In this document: piece after piece, positions 39,724-47,842 of the stretch
Numbering within the stretch: position 1 is the stretch's first letter
Layout: every line of letters starts with the position of its first letter
Source of the DNA: an uncultured Planctomycetia bacterium
Lineage (GTDB): Bacteria > Omnitrophota > Gorgyraeia > Tantalellales > Tantalellaceae
Direction: 5' to 3'
NCBI GenBank assembly: GCA_964572255.1
Contig: CAZNEE010000002.1
Coordinates: forward strand, 210,942-274,941
DNA length: 64,000 bases
Translations under genes and position numbers: made by a program
The notes under the pieces: model-generated
Database searches by the model: none
What the model was told of the DNA's origin: nothing
Seen by the model: only the letters and a program-made list of their open reading frames with translations

Positions 39724-42700
39724 TTAAGCAGATTCTACAAACTTTTTCAGGTTCGCGTAACGCTGGATAAGTTCCTGTTTGTCGTACTTCTCAGGCGGAT
39801 CTAACAGCGAAAAGATCAAAACTCTGGCTTCATCGGAATTTTCCGCTTTTATGTTAAGATCCTCAAGCATCGCCTTGGGCATCATTTTTAAAACGTGGTT
39901 ATTGCGCTTAAGGTAGTAATAATTCAAAAGCGCCAATGTAACTATTTCAGCAAGCGGATAATATACGTTTGAGAAAGAATATTCCCCGCTTGAGCTTTCA
40001 TTAATGTATGTAGCATATACGTTTTCATTGGATTCCATCCTCTCAAGATCTCCCCTTCCATCGGCTAATGAGAATACGAAAATTTCCGAATTTTTCTCCT
40101 TTATATATCCTTCAAGTTTTTTGGGGAGTTCTTTGGTCCGTCCCTCCTCAATGATCAGATTTTCAAGGAACGTCTTGAATTTTTTATCTTTCTTAAGTTC
40201 GTCAAAGATCTCCATGAGTTTAGCGCTTTGCCATCCGCCTATTTTTTCATCAAAAGCAAGCACCACTTTCTTTCCGCTTAAAAGCATCGAACGGACCGCT
40301 TCGCCTAGATTCCACCCCAACTCTTCAGGAACCCTGAGATCCCGAAGGATCCCCACATTCTCCTCTTCCACATTTTTCTCTTTTATTGGCGGGCTTTGTA
40401 CTTGTGGGGTGTCCCTTCGAGGACCGTCCCCGAGTTCGGTTAAGCTTTTACACATCTTTTCACTTGTGGTATAAAACCGCACAATTGCCTGCTGTTTTCT
40501 ACTCTCTCTGTTCCTCTGCCATTCTTCCAAAAGTTTGTCGTCTTTATATATGCGGCAATTAATTCCACGTAATTGAGTAAAATCTAAAACCCCTAGCAAG
40601 TCCTGATCTGAGACCTCTCTCCCTGTCCTGATAAAATTATCGATCAGATCAAGGGGCAAAATGATCTCAAAATCCCCATCTTTGGAAGCATCGCATAAAC
40701 CTCTTATCGCTTTTTCTATGCATCCGCCGTAATCTGAAATAGTGTAAAAATAATAACCGCTTATAATGACCCTTTTTATTCCGTCCAGTTTACTCCTAAG
40801 GATCTTTTCAGCATATCCATGCAGATCATCGGGATTTATACTTTGCGAGATATCAATGATTTCTCTTAAAATATTCTGTCGTGTCAATTTGCCCTTTACA
40901 CTTTTTTCCTTTTCTTTCTTTTTTTCATCAGTAAATCCATGAACATTCATCCAAAGAACCTGGTCGTTACCTATTTTTACTGGTGAGGTCTGTGCTTGTG
41001 GGGTGTCCCTTCGAGGACCGTCCCCAAGTCCGGTGATAGGCAGGCGGATAATAAAATTCGTCCATTTGCCGGGTTTGCTTTCGACGTCGATAGTGCCTCC
41101 GCAGCGTTTTTCTATATTTTCCTTCGCTATTGCAAGACCCAAACCGGTACCGTTAGGTTTGGTTGTAACGTAAGGATCGAATATCCTTCCTATCACATCA
41201 GATGGTATGCCTTCCGAGTTATCCCATAGAGAAATTTCCACGAACTTTCCTCCGCCGGTGACATAGGTTTTTACGATAAAAAAGCGTTTTTCTTCGGGCA
41301 AAGCCATTAAAACATGATAGGCATTCATCATGATATTCAATAGCGCACGCGACAATGCGGCTTCGTCAGTATTTATTAACACGTCTTTTTTGCCAAATTC
41401 TGTTTGTAAAACATAATCTTTACATCCCGAAAAATGTAAAGTTGACCTAATAACTGAATCCAGGCTCACTTCCCTCTTCTCGCGCCTGGATAAAGGTAAA
41501 AGTTCCGCCAGGATATTCTTGGCCAAAGTTAATGAATTGACAACATTTGTCACGAAAAAATCCTTCTCTTTCTTTGTCTTTTCCCTGTCAGGCAATCTGT
41601 CAAAGAGATCATTTAAAGTATCCTCCAAATGTTCATGCCCGAAAACACTCTGCGCTTTTTTCGCGATCTTCATGGCTTTTGCTGTAAGTACTCTATAATC
41701 TTTTTCCTTATAACTTTCTTCAGTAAATTCAACGACTTCATCGGAAAAAGACATTATTTCCTCGAATGAGGCGTCAGAAAATCCGTGTTTTTCAAAGGTA
41801 TTTTCCGGATAGGCAAGAGCGTTTAAACAATTTTTTACGTCATGCAATACGCCGCTTAAATTTTTAAGCACCGCAATACCCGTTCTATCCCCGGGAGTCA
41901 GTTCCCTCTCCTTGTCCAGGACCATCTCATCGGACAACACCTTGATCAGCTGAAGATAATATTTAAGTCCGGCCGGTATTTTTTCCCGATTCGCGGTGAA
42001 TCCCGGACCCAGTTTATTGATCTCTGACTGCAGGCGACCGGTATCATATTCGCCTACTACCGGGCTAAAGATCAGTTGAGGAAGAATTAATATGTTGCCG
42101 ATAGATGAAACCGCGCCTTCCGCCCCTGCTTTAAGCGCTCCAGCGATCTGGCTTTCATCGCCCTGAAAAGTCCTTATGACTTTTGCATAACTCTCTAAGA
42201 GGTTCAGATCTCCCGAGCTGTCTTTTACTGCGATTATCCTGTTTTTGAGCTCTTGAACAATTTTCGGTTGGATATTACGCCCTTTAACTTTATGGATTGC
42301 CGGGTTATTGTAAAGCACTAACGGCAAGGAAGACTTGACTTTTTTCATGTGCTCGGATATTTCACCATTACTTTTCAGGTAATATAAAGGGGCTAAAACG
42401 ATTGCATTAATATGCGGAAACTCCTCTATTTCCTTAATATTTTGAAGCGTTTCTCTTTCTGTATCGCCTGTTACATTGGCAAAGATAACAAGCCTTCCCC
42501 TTGATTCTTCAGCGAATATTTCTATAGCTTCCAGTCTTTTTTTGTTGGAAAGATCCGTAAATTCGCCCGTTGATCCCATAACAAGTATTGATTTAACGCG
42601 GTTTGATATCAGGTAGTTGATAAGTTGTCTTATCCCGGTTCTATCTATCTCGATCGTTCCGTCTTTTTCCATAAACGGCGTGACAACTGGAACTATGTTC

Positions 42701-45700
42701 TGGTTATAAACTAACTTTGCTTTTGCGGCTCTTTTTTCTATGGAAGTGGGCCTGGTGCCGAGGGAATCAAGGATTGATAAAGGATCCTCCCCGCTAAGCG
42801 GCGGACTTAAGTCGGTTGCTCTATATATTATCACTCCTTTATCCGTAACGCTTCTTTCAGCGAACCCAAGGTAAACCAATGTTCCCAGATCGCGTTTCAC
42901 CACATCAAGTGAAAGATGCCCATCGGCCGCTCTTCCCTTTGTCTTCTTCCTGATCGAATCTGCGGACACCCGCCTGTCCTTGAAATTTTTCTGCATGATG
43001 TTGTAGATCCCAAGCGGCGACCCGTCGGGTTTAGCCGGGTCTTTTTCGCCATCAGAAGATGACGCATCGTCGCTTTCTTTTGCCAAAGCGCCGAGTATTT
43101 TATCCTTCTCCGGATAATTTGCCGCATCAAGCAGGATCAAAGCAAGTTTTTGATCCTTATGTCCGAATACCGCGCTGATAATGGCTTTCTTGACTTCATG
43201 CCATTCGCCGGCACTGGCATGTTCTATGACAGCCGCGCTTAAAGAGCCTTCCGGGAAGATATGCCACTTGATCTGGTCGGCCATTTCATTGACGATGTCC
43301 TGAAATTCCTTGTATGCCGCGGGGTTATTTCTGAAATATTCCTTGAGCTGTCTCATCAGCTGATGGACTTTTCCCAATGAAGATCCGTTAGAGGTATATT
43401 GAAGCCCCGCGCCTGTCTCAGGGAACAGATTGGGAATGTCTTCCCTGCTGATCCTGAACCTATTTATCAAAAATTTCATGATCCTGCTCTTATTGTCCAG
43501 GTATATCTTCTTCAATCCTTCATCCATTACGCCGTATTCTTCAAGCAGGCCTGCTACACCCGTTACCAAGAGAAAGTTCCTCTCAATATCAAGCTCAAAA
43601 AGGTTTACTTCCCGCTCCATGAGAAAACTTTTATCATCCGAATACGAAACTATCAGTGAAGCGAACACGCTGTGAAAAAAACTTGTCTGCGCGCCTTTCC
43701 TTGGACCGTCCAGGATCTTTCCGGTCCAGGCATCTACGCCCGGCCTTCTGGCTACCCCCGGAAAAAGCGCCGCCTTTGAATCGACATTTTTATAGTCCGC
43801 CACGGACGGAACGATACGCAATTTATGCGGAAGAAAACAGAAAAAAAGACAAACCGATAAAAATGAGGCTTCCTTCAGGTAATCGCCGTCAAAATTCAAT
43901 GTATAATCGTACTGGTGTTTTATTATCCCCATCCGGAACAATTTATTCACCATCAGTGAGAATATGGGATAAACGGTCGGGGGCACCTTGAGGAAGTAAT
44001 CCCTTCTTCCCTTAAACCCGGATTTATCCATCGCATGCTCTGTTTTTACATTGGAGAAATAATTGGTCAGGATCACCCCCTCTATCGCATCTTCAAAAAT
44101 GATCCCTGCCCTGCCCACCTTGACCTGCATGTCCATCCCCATGGCGGGATACTGCCTTGAGATGCTTTCGACCGCTCTTAAGGCCGGGATGACTTCATTC
44201 CGGATCTGCTCCATGAATTCACCGGTAGCCGTATGATTTATCACTTCGTCAAAAATAAGCAGTTTAATATAAGCTTGCGTTCCCGAGGCCAGGCCTTCCA
44301 GGTCCAGATCTTCAAAGATCTCATTTGTCCTGATGAACTCTTCGGCATATTCTTCGTATATTTTTCCGATTATTAAAACAGCGTCTTTGCGTTCATCGGA
44401 ATTCATCAGTTCCGAAAGTATGTCGCGAAGCACCCTGTACACGTTTAAAGGATAGACATTTCTCTTGTTTAAAAGGCTTATTGCCAGGCTCAAGACTGAC
44501 TGCTGTTTGATCTTGCCTTCAAATTCCGAAAGGATCTCGGCCAGGTTGTCGATATCCCTTCTCGTGCCGTACGAATCGATCAATCCGTGGGTCGCGGCGG
44601 TTTTATCCGGCGGACTTACGATCCTGTCGATCAACCCTTTTTTGATGCGAATAAACCCTTCCAGAACATCTTCTATCGCCAATAGCCGGTCGTGCCTGTT
44701 TGATTGCCTTTGTATTATTTCCCTGAAAAACCTTTTATCGTTAATATCGACAAGTTCCGCCTCTTTGGTCTTGGTCGGAAATTGACGGAATATTTTCCGT
44801 AATGTCTGAAAAGCGTATGACGGATAGATGCCCGCTCCCGCCAGCGCTATTCCCGTCGCGAACACCATCTCGCGCACTTCGGGATCGGAAACATCTTCCA
44901 GCAGGTCATAAAGCGTTTCAAACGCCCAAGACAGATCCATATCTTTTTCGACTAATGCCTTGGCGAATTCGTAGACATAATAACGCGGATAAAGCGAACC
45001 GATCACCCTGGATGTTTTTTTCGACTGAAAAGATCTTTTGGCCAGCGCCAGCAATTCATCTTCTTTCTTCTCTTCGGTTTTCACCCTGTAAGGGCCCAAA
45101 CGATCCTCATCAAGCCATTCGACCTTTACCCTGAATCCGGCCAAAGGATTGTCTGTCTTTTTTAACGAAACGGTATTGGCTCTTTCCGATATGAATTCAA
45201 ATCCATTTGCCGCGAAAAGCCGGCCGAACCCCGTATCCTCGAATTTGACGCCTTCCGCAAGGCTTTTTACCGTCAGATCATGCCTTACCCTGAACGTGAC
45301 CGTGGCGCCGTACGGGATATAACTTGATATGAATTCATTTATCGCCAGGGCCACCGTATCACCTTCAAAATTTTTTCCCAAACATTTCAGGTAAATCCTG
45401 ATATATTCTTCGTCATCTTCGAGCTGAAGCTTTTCAGCTTCCCTTAAGATCAATTCCACCTGTTTTCCATGCACACTATCGTTCTCCACAAGGCGATTAT
45501 AATATCCGTATAATGCGTCGTAAAAAGGCAGCATTCTGCTTATGAACCCGCCTTTTCGGTATTTTTCAAAATCCCCTATTAACTCGGGATAATTCAAAGT
45601 GCCGCCCCAGCCCAATATGAATAAATTATCCTCGGCGATCTGCATTTCCAGGAAACCCGCCAGGATACTCCTGCCGCTGAAGGTATCCTCGAAATAGACC

Positions 45701-47838
45701 TTTAAATCGAGATGTTTGCGGTTTACATGATCTTTTTCGGCGGCGCGTTCAACCTCGAGCCGGTATTGTCCCATGGGGAATTTACTGCTCTTAAAATAGA
45801 ACGGACCTTTGGCTTCGAGCAATTTTCCTTCATCAAGAATATTTCCCTGGCCTGAGTCGCCGGGGTCATGATCATTTTTATCCTTACCCCGTCCCTTTAT
45901 AAGAGGTGCCGCGACAATCATCATTAAAATAGGTATTAGAACTGTCGCGATTAACGAAAACTTAAATATTCCGAATAACATAAATATCCCGCCGGATACA
46001 CCCGCAACGCCAAAAAGAAAAGTAATCATGGCGGAACCTTTTTCTGATCCTCCCGGCTTATTATTATCTTCCTGTTTTGCCTTATTTCTTCTTTCTTTCT
46101 CACGCTCTATTTCTTCCTGCCGGATCTTCCTGAAAGCCTCTTCAAGGCCCATTGCCTCTTTTTTCTTGGCAGCCGCCCGCTTCTGTTCTTTTTTCTCTTT
46201 TTTCCTCAGTCCTCTTTCGATCCTTTTCTTTCTGGCCTCATAAAATGCGCTGATGATCTCGCCGGGCTCCTTACCCAAATCCTTCTTCTCCCAATTAAGC
46301 ACATCCTCCAGAGCGCTTAAACTATATGCTTTGGATATGCCCGTGACAATACTGGCCGCATGCCTCCATTTGGCAGCCATGTCATGCGCCTTTGCCGTAA
46401 GTCCTCCCCGCTCTATGTATTTTGCCAGGACCTCAGAATTTATGATCTTCAGCTTTTCGAAGGCCCTTTCAAATTCTCTTTTGCTTACATAACATAAAAG
46501 AAGTTTTATAAAGCCGGGTAAAATGTGCCGCGCATGGTCCTTGCTCTCCTCAAAATAAAGCTTTATCAAAGTTACGGCATTATCGAACATCCTATCCGCC
46601 CTATCAAAATAACTTTGCTGGACAAAAATATAAGCAAGGCGTGTGTTAACTCTTACAACATGCCCTATGGCCGCATCCCTTACCTCTTTGATGTCTCCAT
46701 ATCTGATCAACAGTTCAAACGCCGCCTTTGCCGTGTTCTCTGCCTTGTCCAGATACACCTTGTCCTTCTCTTTCAGCCATTTATTACGGAAAGGGTACGC
46801 CAGTCGATCATATGTTTTTATCAAATGCTGGATATCTTCGACGGTTTCGTCCGGTTCAGCGGGATCCCCAGGCTTGATATCCCTGTATCTGGTCAATATC
46901 TCAAATGAGTTGTTTGCCGCGGATTCCGCCTTGATCAAATATGTATCATCCTCTCCGGCTACCCATTTATTGAGGAAAGTATGCGCCAGGGCATTGTAGT
47001 TTCCTATGATATACTGAATATTTTTGGCGGAAACTTTCGATCTGTCAAAACTTTCCATAAGCATGTCTGACGTTCTTGCAACACGTAGAGCTTCAGCGAT
47101 ATTCCCTATATTAAGGAAAACGTTCGCTAATTCGTTATGGAGAGATACTGCCCGATCAATATGCCGCCCGATCACTTCCGGTGTTCTATCCCGAAAATCC
47201 TCTAATATCCCGACCAGGATATCGCTTGACTGTTTTGCTTTATAAAATTTGCCTTTGGAAAGATGCTCCTCCATCTGTGTCAGTAGCTCGACGATGTCTT
47301 CCTCTATTTCTTTACTATCATACTTATTGATGGTTCTATCTGTTGCGTTTTTCTCTTCAAAAATTTCCTGCGCGTTATCTTCTTCTCTTTCAGCTTCTCT
47401 TCTTATCGACACGGCATTTTCATCGTCAGGATCTATCAGCGCTTCGTACTGCCATGAATATTTTTGATCATTCCCGATATCATACTCAATGGTGCAGGGA
47501 ACTCTTAATTTTCCCTGATCTTCACCCTTTTCATCAAAACGCAGGTGAAGCATTACATCTTTGCCGTTATGGGTGAAAACCGGGAACAGATGATCTCTGG
47601 CATCCCTAATATTAAAACTGTTCTTTTTGAGGGATTTCATAAGGCCCCTTAAATGGAATTCAATGAGAGCTTTGTGTCCGATCGCAGGATAAACTAAGGG
47701 ATTGGATACGCTCTGGACCTGAAGAGAATATTTCCTCCCGGAAGCAAGATCAGGATCCGCCCAGAGGATATTCTGGCAAGAGAACGTGATCACAAGCAGG
47801 ATCGCTATGATTTTTACGAATATTTTTCTTCTTCCCAT
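39724..47838 (-). CDS. Giant mosaic membrane protein (2704 aa): signal peptide, helical TPR/Sel1-like repeats, Lys/Glu-rich coiled coil, 2-TM hairpin, DapA/N-acetylneuraminate-lyase-family aldolase domain, histidine-kinase-type ATPase (HATPase_c) domain, and tandem C-terminal modules separated by a GDGPRRDTPQ linker
   Basis: One uninterrupted 8115-nt ORF. N-terminus MGRRKIFVKIIAILLVITFSCQNILWA is signal-peptide-like. TM hairpin MITFLFGVAGVSGGIFMLFGIFKFSLIATVLIPILMMIVAAPLI sits at ~45890-46030. Aldolase domain IVPVVTPFMEKDGTIEIDRTGIRQLINYLISNRVKSILVMGSTGEF...VLYNNPA...IIAVKDSSGD at ~41850-42740. ATPase N, G1 and G2 boxes LLNIMMNAYHV / WDNSEGIP / GTGLGLAIA at ~41040-41400. Separated from the downstream giant gene by 4 nt. 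Confidence 0.85.
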   Translation of the reverse strand: MGRRKIFVKIIAILLVITFSCQNILWADPDLASGRKYSLQVQSVSNPLVYPAIGHKALIEFHLRGLMKSLKKNSFNIRDARDHLFPVFTHNGKDVMLHLRFDEKGEDQGKLRVPCTIEYDIGNDQKYSWQYEALIDPDDENAVSIRREAEREEDNAQEIFEEKNATDRTINKYDSKEIEEDIVELLTQMEEHLSKGKFYKAKQSSDILVGILEDFRDRTPEVIGRHIDRAVSLHNELANVFLNIGNIAEALRVARTSDMLMESFDRSKVSAKNIQYIIGNYNALAHTFLNKWVAGEDDTYLIKAESAANNSFEILTRYRDIKPGDPAEPDETVEDIQHLIKTYDRLAYPFRNKWLKEKDKVYLDKAENTAKAAFELLIRYGDIKEVRDAAIGHVVRVNTRLAYIFVQQSYFDRADRMFDNAVTLIKLYFEESKDHARHILPGFIKLLLCYVSKREFERAFEKLKIINSEVLAKYIERGGLTAKAHDMAAKWRHAASIVTGISKAYSLSALEDVLNWEKKDLGKEPGEIISAFYEARKKRIERGLRKKEKKEQKRAAAKKKEAMGLEEAFRKIRQEEIEREKERRNKAKQEDNNKPGGSEKGSAMITFLFGVAGVSGGIFMLFGIFKFSLIATVLIPILMMIVAAPLIKGRGKDKNDHDPGDSGQGNILDEGKLLEAKGPFYFKSSKFPMGQYRLEVERAAEKDHVNRKHLDLKVYFEDTFSGRSILAGFLEMQIAEDNLFILGWGGTLNYPELIGDFEKYRKGGFISRMLPFYDALYGYYNRLVENDSVHGKQVELILREAEKLQLEDDEEYIRIYLKCLGKNFEGDTVALAINEFISSYIPYGATVTFRVRHDLTVKSLAEGVKFEDTGFGRLFAANGFEFISERANTVSLKKTDNPLAGFRVKVEWLDEDRLGPYRVKTEEKKEDELLALAKRSFQSKKTSRVIGSLYPRYYVYEFAKALVEKDMDLSWAFETLYDLLEDVSDPEVREMVFATGIALAGAGIYPSYAFQTLRKIFRQFPTKTKEAELVDINDKRFFREIIQRQSNRHDRLLAIEDVLEGFIRIKKGLIDRIVSPPDKTAATHGLIDSYGTRRDIDNLAEILSEFEGKIKQQSVLSLAISLLNKRNVYPLNVYRVLRDILSELMNSDERKDAVLIIGKIYEEYAEEFIRTNEIFEDLDLEGLASGTQAYIKLLIFDEVINHTATGEFMEQIRNEVIPALRAVESISRQYPAMGMDMQVKVGRAGIIFEDAIEGVILTNYFSNVKTEHAMDKSGFKGRRDYFLKVPPTVYPIFSLMVNKLFRMGIIKHQYDYTLNFDGDYLKEASFLSVCLFFCFLPHKLRIVPSVADYKNVDSKAALFPGVARRPGVDAWTGKILDGPRKGAQTSFFHSVFASLIVSYSDDKSFLMEREVNLFELDIERNFLLVTGVAGLLEEYGVMDEGLKKIYLDNKSRIMKFLINRFRISREDIPNLFPETGAGLQYTSNGSSLGKVHQLMRQLKEYFRNNPAAYKEFQDIVNEMADQIKWHIFPEGSLSAAVIEHASAGEWHEVKKAIISAVFGHKDQKLALILLDAANYPEKDKILGALAKESDDASSSDGEKDPAKPDGSPLGIYNIMQKNFKDRRVSADSIRKKTKGRAADGHLSLDVVKRDLGTLVYLGFAERSVTDKGVIIYRATDLSPPLSGEDPLSILDSLGTRPTSIEKRAAKAKLVYNQNIVPVVTPFMEKDGTIEIDRTGIRQLINYLISNRVKSILVMGSTGEFTDLSNKKRLEAIEIFAEESRGRLVIFANVTGDTERETLQNIKEIEEFPHINAIVLAPLYYLKSNGEISEHMKKVKSSLPLVLYNNPAIHKVKGRNIQPKIVQELKNRIIAVKDSSGDLNLLESYAKVIRTFQGDESQIAGALKAGAEGAVSSIGNILILPQLIFSPVVGEYDTGRLQSEINKLGPGFTANREKIPAGLKYYLQLIKVLSDEMVLDKERELTPGDRTGIAVLKNLSGVLHDVKNCLNALAYPENTFEKHGFSDASFEEIMSFSDEVVEFTEESYKEKDYRVLTAKAMKIAKKAQSVFGHEHLEDTLNDLFDRLPDREKTKKEKDFFVTNVVNSLTLAKNILAELLPLSRREKREVSLDSVIRSTLHFSGCKDYVLQTEFGKKDVLINTDEAALSRALLNIMMNAYHVLMALPEEKRFFIVKTYVTGGGKFVEISLWDNSEGIPSDVIGRIFDPYVTTKPNGTGLGLAIAKENIEKRCGGTIDVESKPGKWTNFIIRLPITGLGDGPRRDTPQAQTSPVKIGNDQVLWMNVHGFTDEKKKEKEKSVKGKLTRQNILREIIDISQSINPDDLHGYAEKILRSKLDGIKRVIISGYYFYTISDYGGCIEKAIRGLCDASKDGDFEIILPLDLIDNFIRTGREVSDQDLLGVLDFTQLRGINCRIYKDDKLLEEWQRNRESRKQQAIVRFYTTSEKMCKSLTELGDGPRRDTPQVQSPPIKEKNVEEENVGILRDLRVPEELGWNLGEAVRSMLLSGKKVVLAFDEKIGGWQSAKLMEIFDELKKDKKFKTFLENLIIEEGRTKELPKKLEGYIKEKNSEIFVFSLADGRGDLERMESNENVYATYINESSSGEYSFSNVYYPLAEIVTLALLNYYYLKRNNHVLKMMPKAMLEDLNIKAENSDEARVLIFSLLDPPEKYDKQELIQRYANLKKFVESA
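40386..40439. repeat. Copy 1 of a ~54-nt direct repeat (31-nt identical core CTTGTGGGGTGTCCCTTCGAGGACCGTCCCC) inside the 2704-aa gene; it encodes the linker LGDGPRRDTPQ
   Basis: About 48 of 54 nt are identical to the copy at ~40981-41034 (~595 nt upstream on the plus strand), and both copies are in the coding frame. Coordinates are ±2 nt. Confidence 0.7.
40981..41034. repeat. Copy 2 of the ~54-nt direct repeat inside the 2704-aa gene (encodes TGLGDGPRRDTPQAQTSP)
   Basis: See copy 1; the repeats flank a ~190-aa module that appears duplicated in tandem at the C-terminus of the protein. Confidence 0.7.
41040..41400 (-). other. Histidine-kinase-like ATPase (HATPase_c / GHKL) domain in the 2704-aa protein, preceded by a possible degenerate DHp helix containing His (FGHEHLEDTLNDL)
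   Basis: N box LLNIMMNAYHVL, D/G1 box ISLWDNSEGIP, G2 box KPNGTGLGLAIAKEN and a C-terminal GGTIDVESKPGKWTNFIIRLP; boundaries approximate. Confidence 0.6.
41850..42740 (-). other. DapA/NAL-family class I aldolase (dihydrodipicolinate synthase-like) domain embedded in the 2704-aa protein
   Basis: VTPF...DG.ID...LI..L...V..I.V.GSTGE (compare GTTGE), YNNPA (compare the E. coli DapA Tyr133 loop YNVP) and a Schiff-base lysine in IIAVKDSSGD (compare IVGIKEA); boundaries approximate. Confidence 0.6.
46550..47250 (-). other. Four or more tandem ~68-aa alpha-helical repeats (TPR/Sel1-like) in the N-terminal exported part of the 2704-aa protein
   Basis: Recurring units ...NYNALAHTFLNKWVAGEDDTYLIKAESAANNSFEILTRYRDIK... 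/ ...TYDRLAYPFRNKWLKEKDKVYLDKAENTAKAAFELLIRYGDIK... / ...NTRLAYIFVQQSYFDRADRMFDNAVTLIKLY...; boundaries approximate. Confidence 0.5.
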
Positions 47839-47842
47839 AGTC

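Noticed and set aside
45990-46250. Lys/Glu-rich repetitive stretches in the giant genes that look like short tandem repeats at the DNA level (aaagaaaag-type)
   Set aside because: They are in-frame coding low-complexity or coiled-coil segments (KKEKKEQKRAAAKKKEA...) with no regular direct-repeat/spacer structure. They are not CRISPR arrays or satellite repeats.
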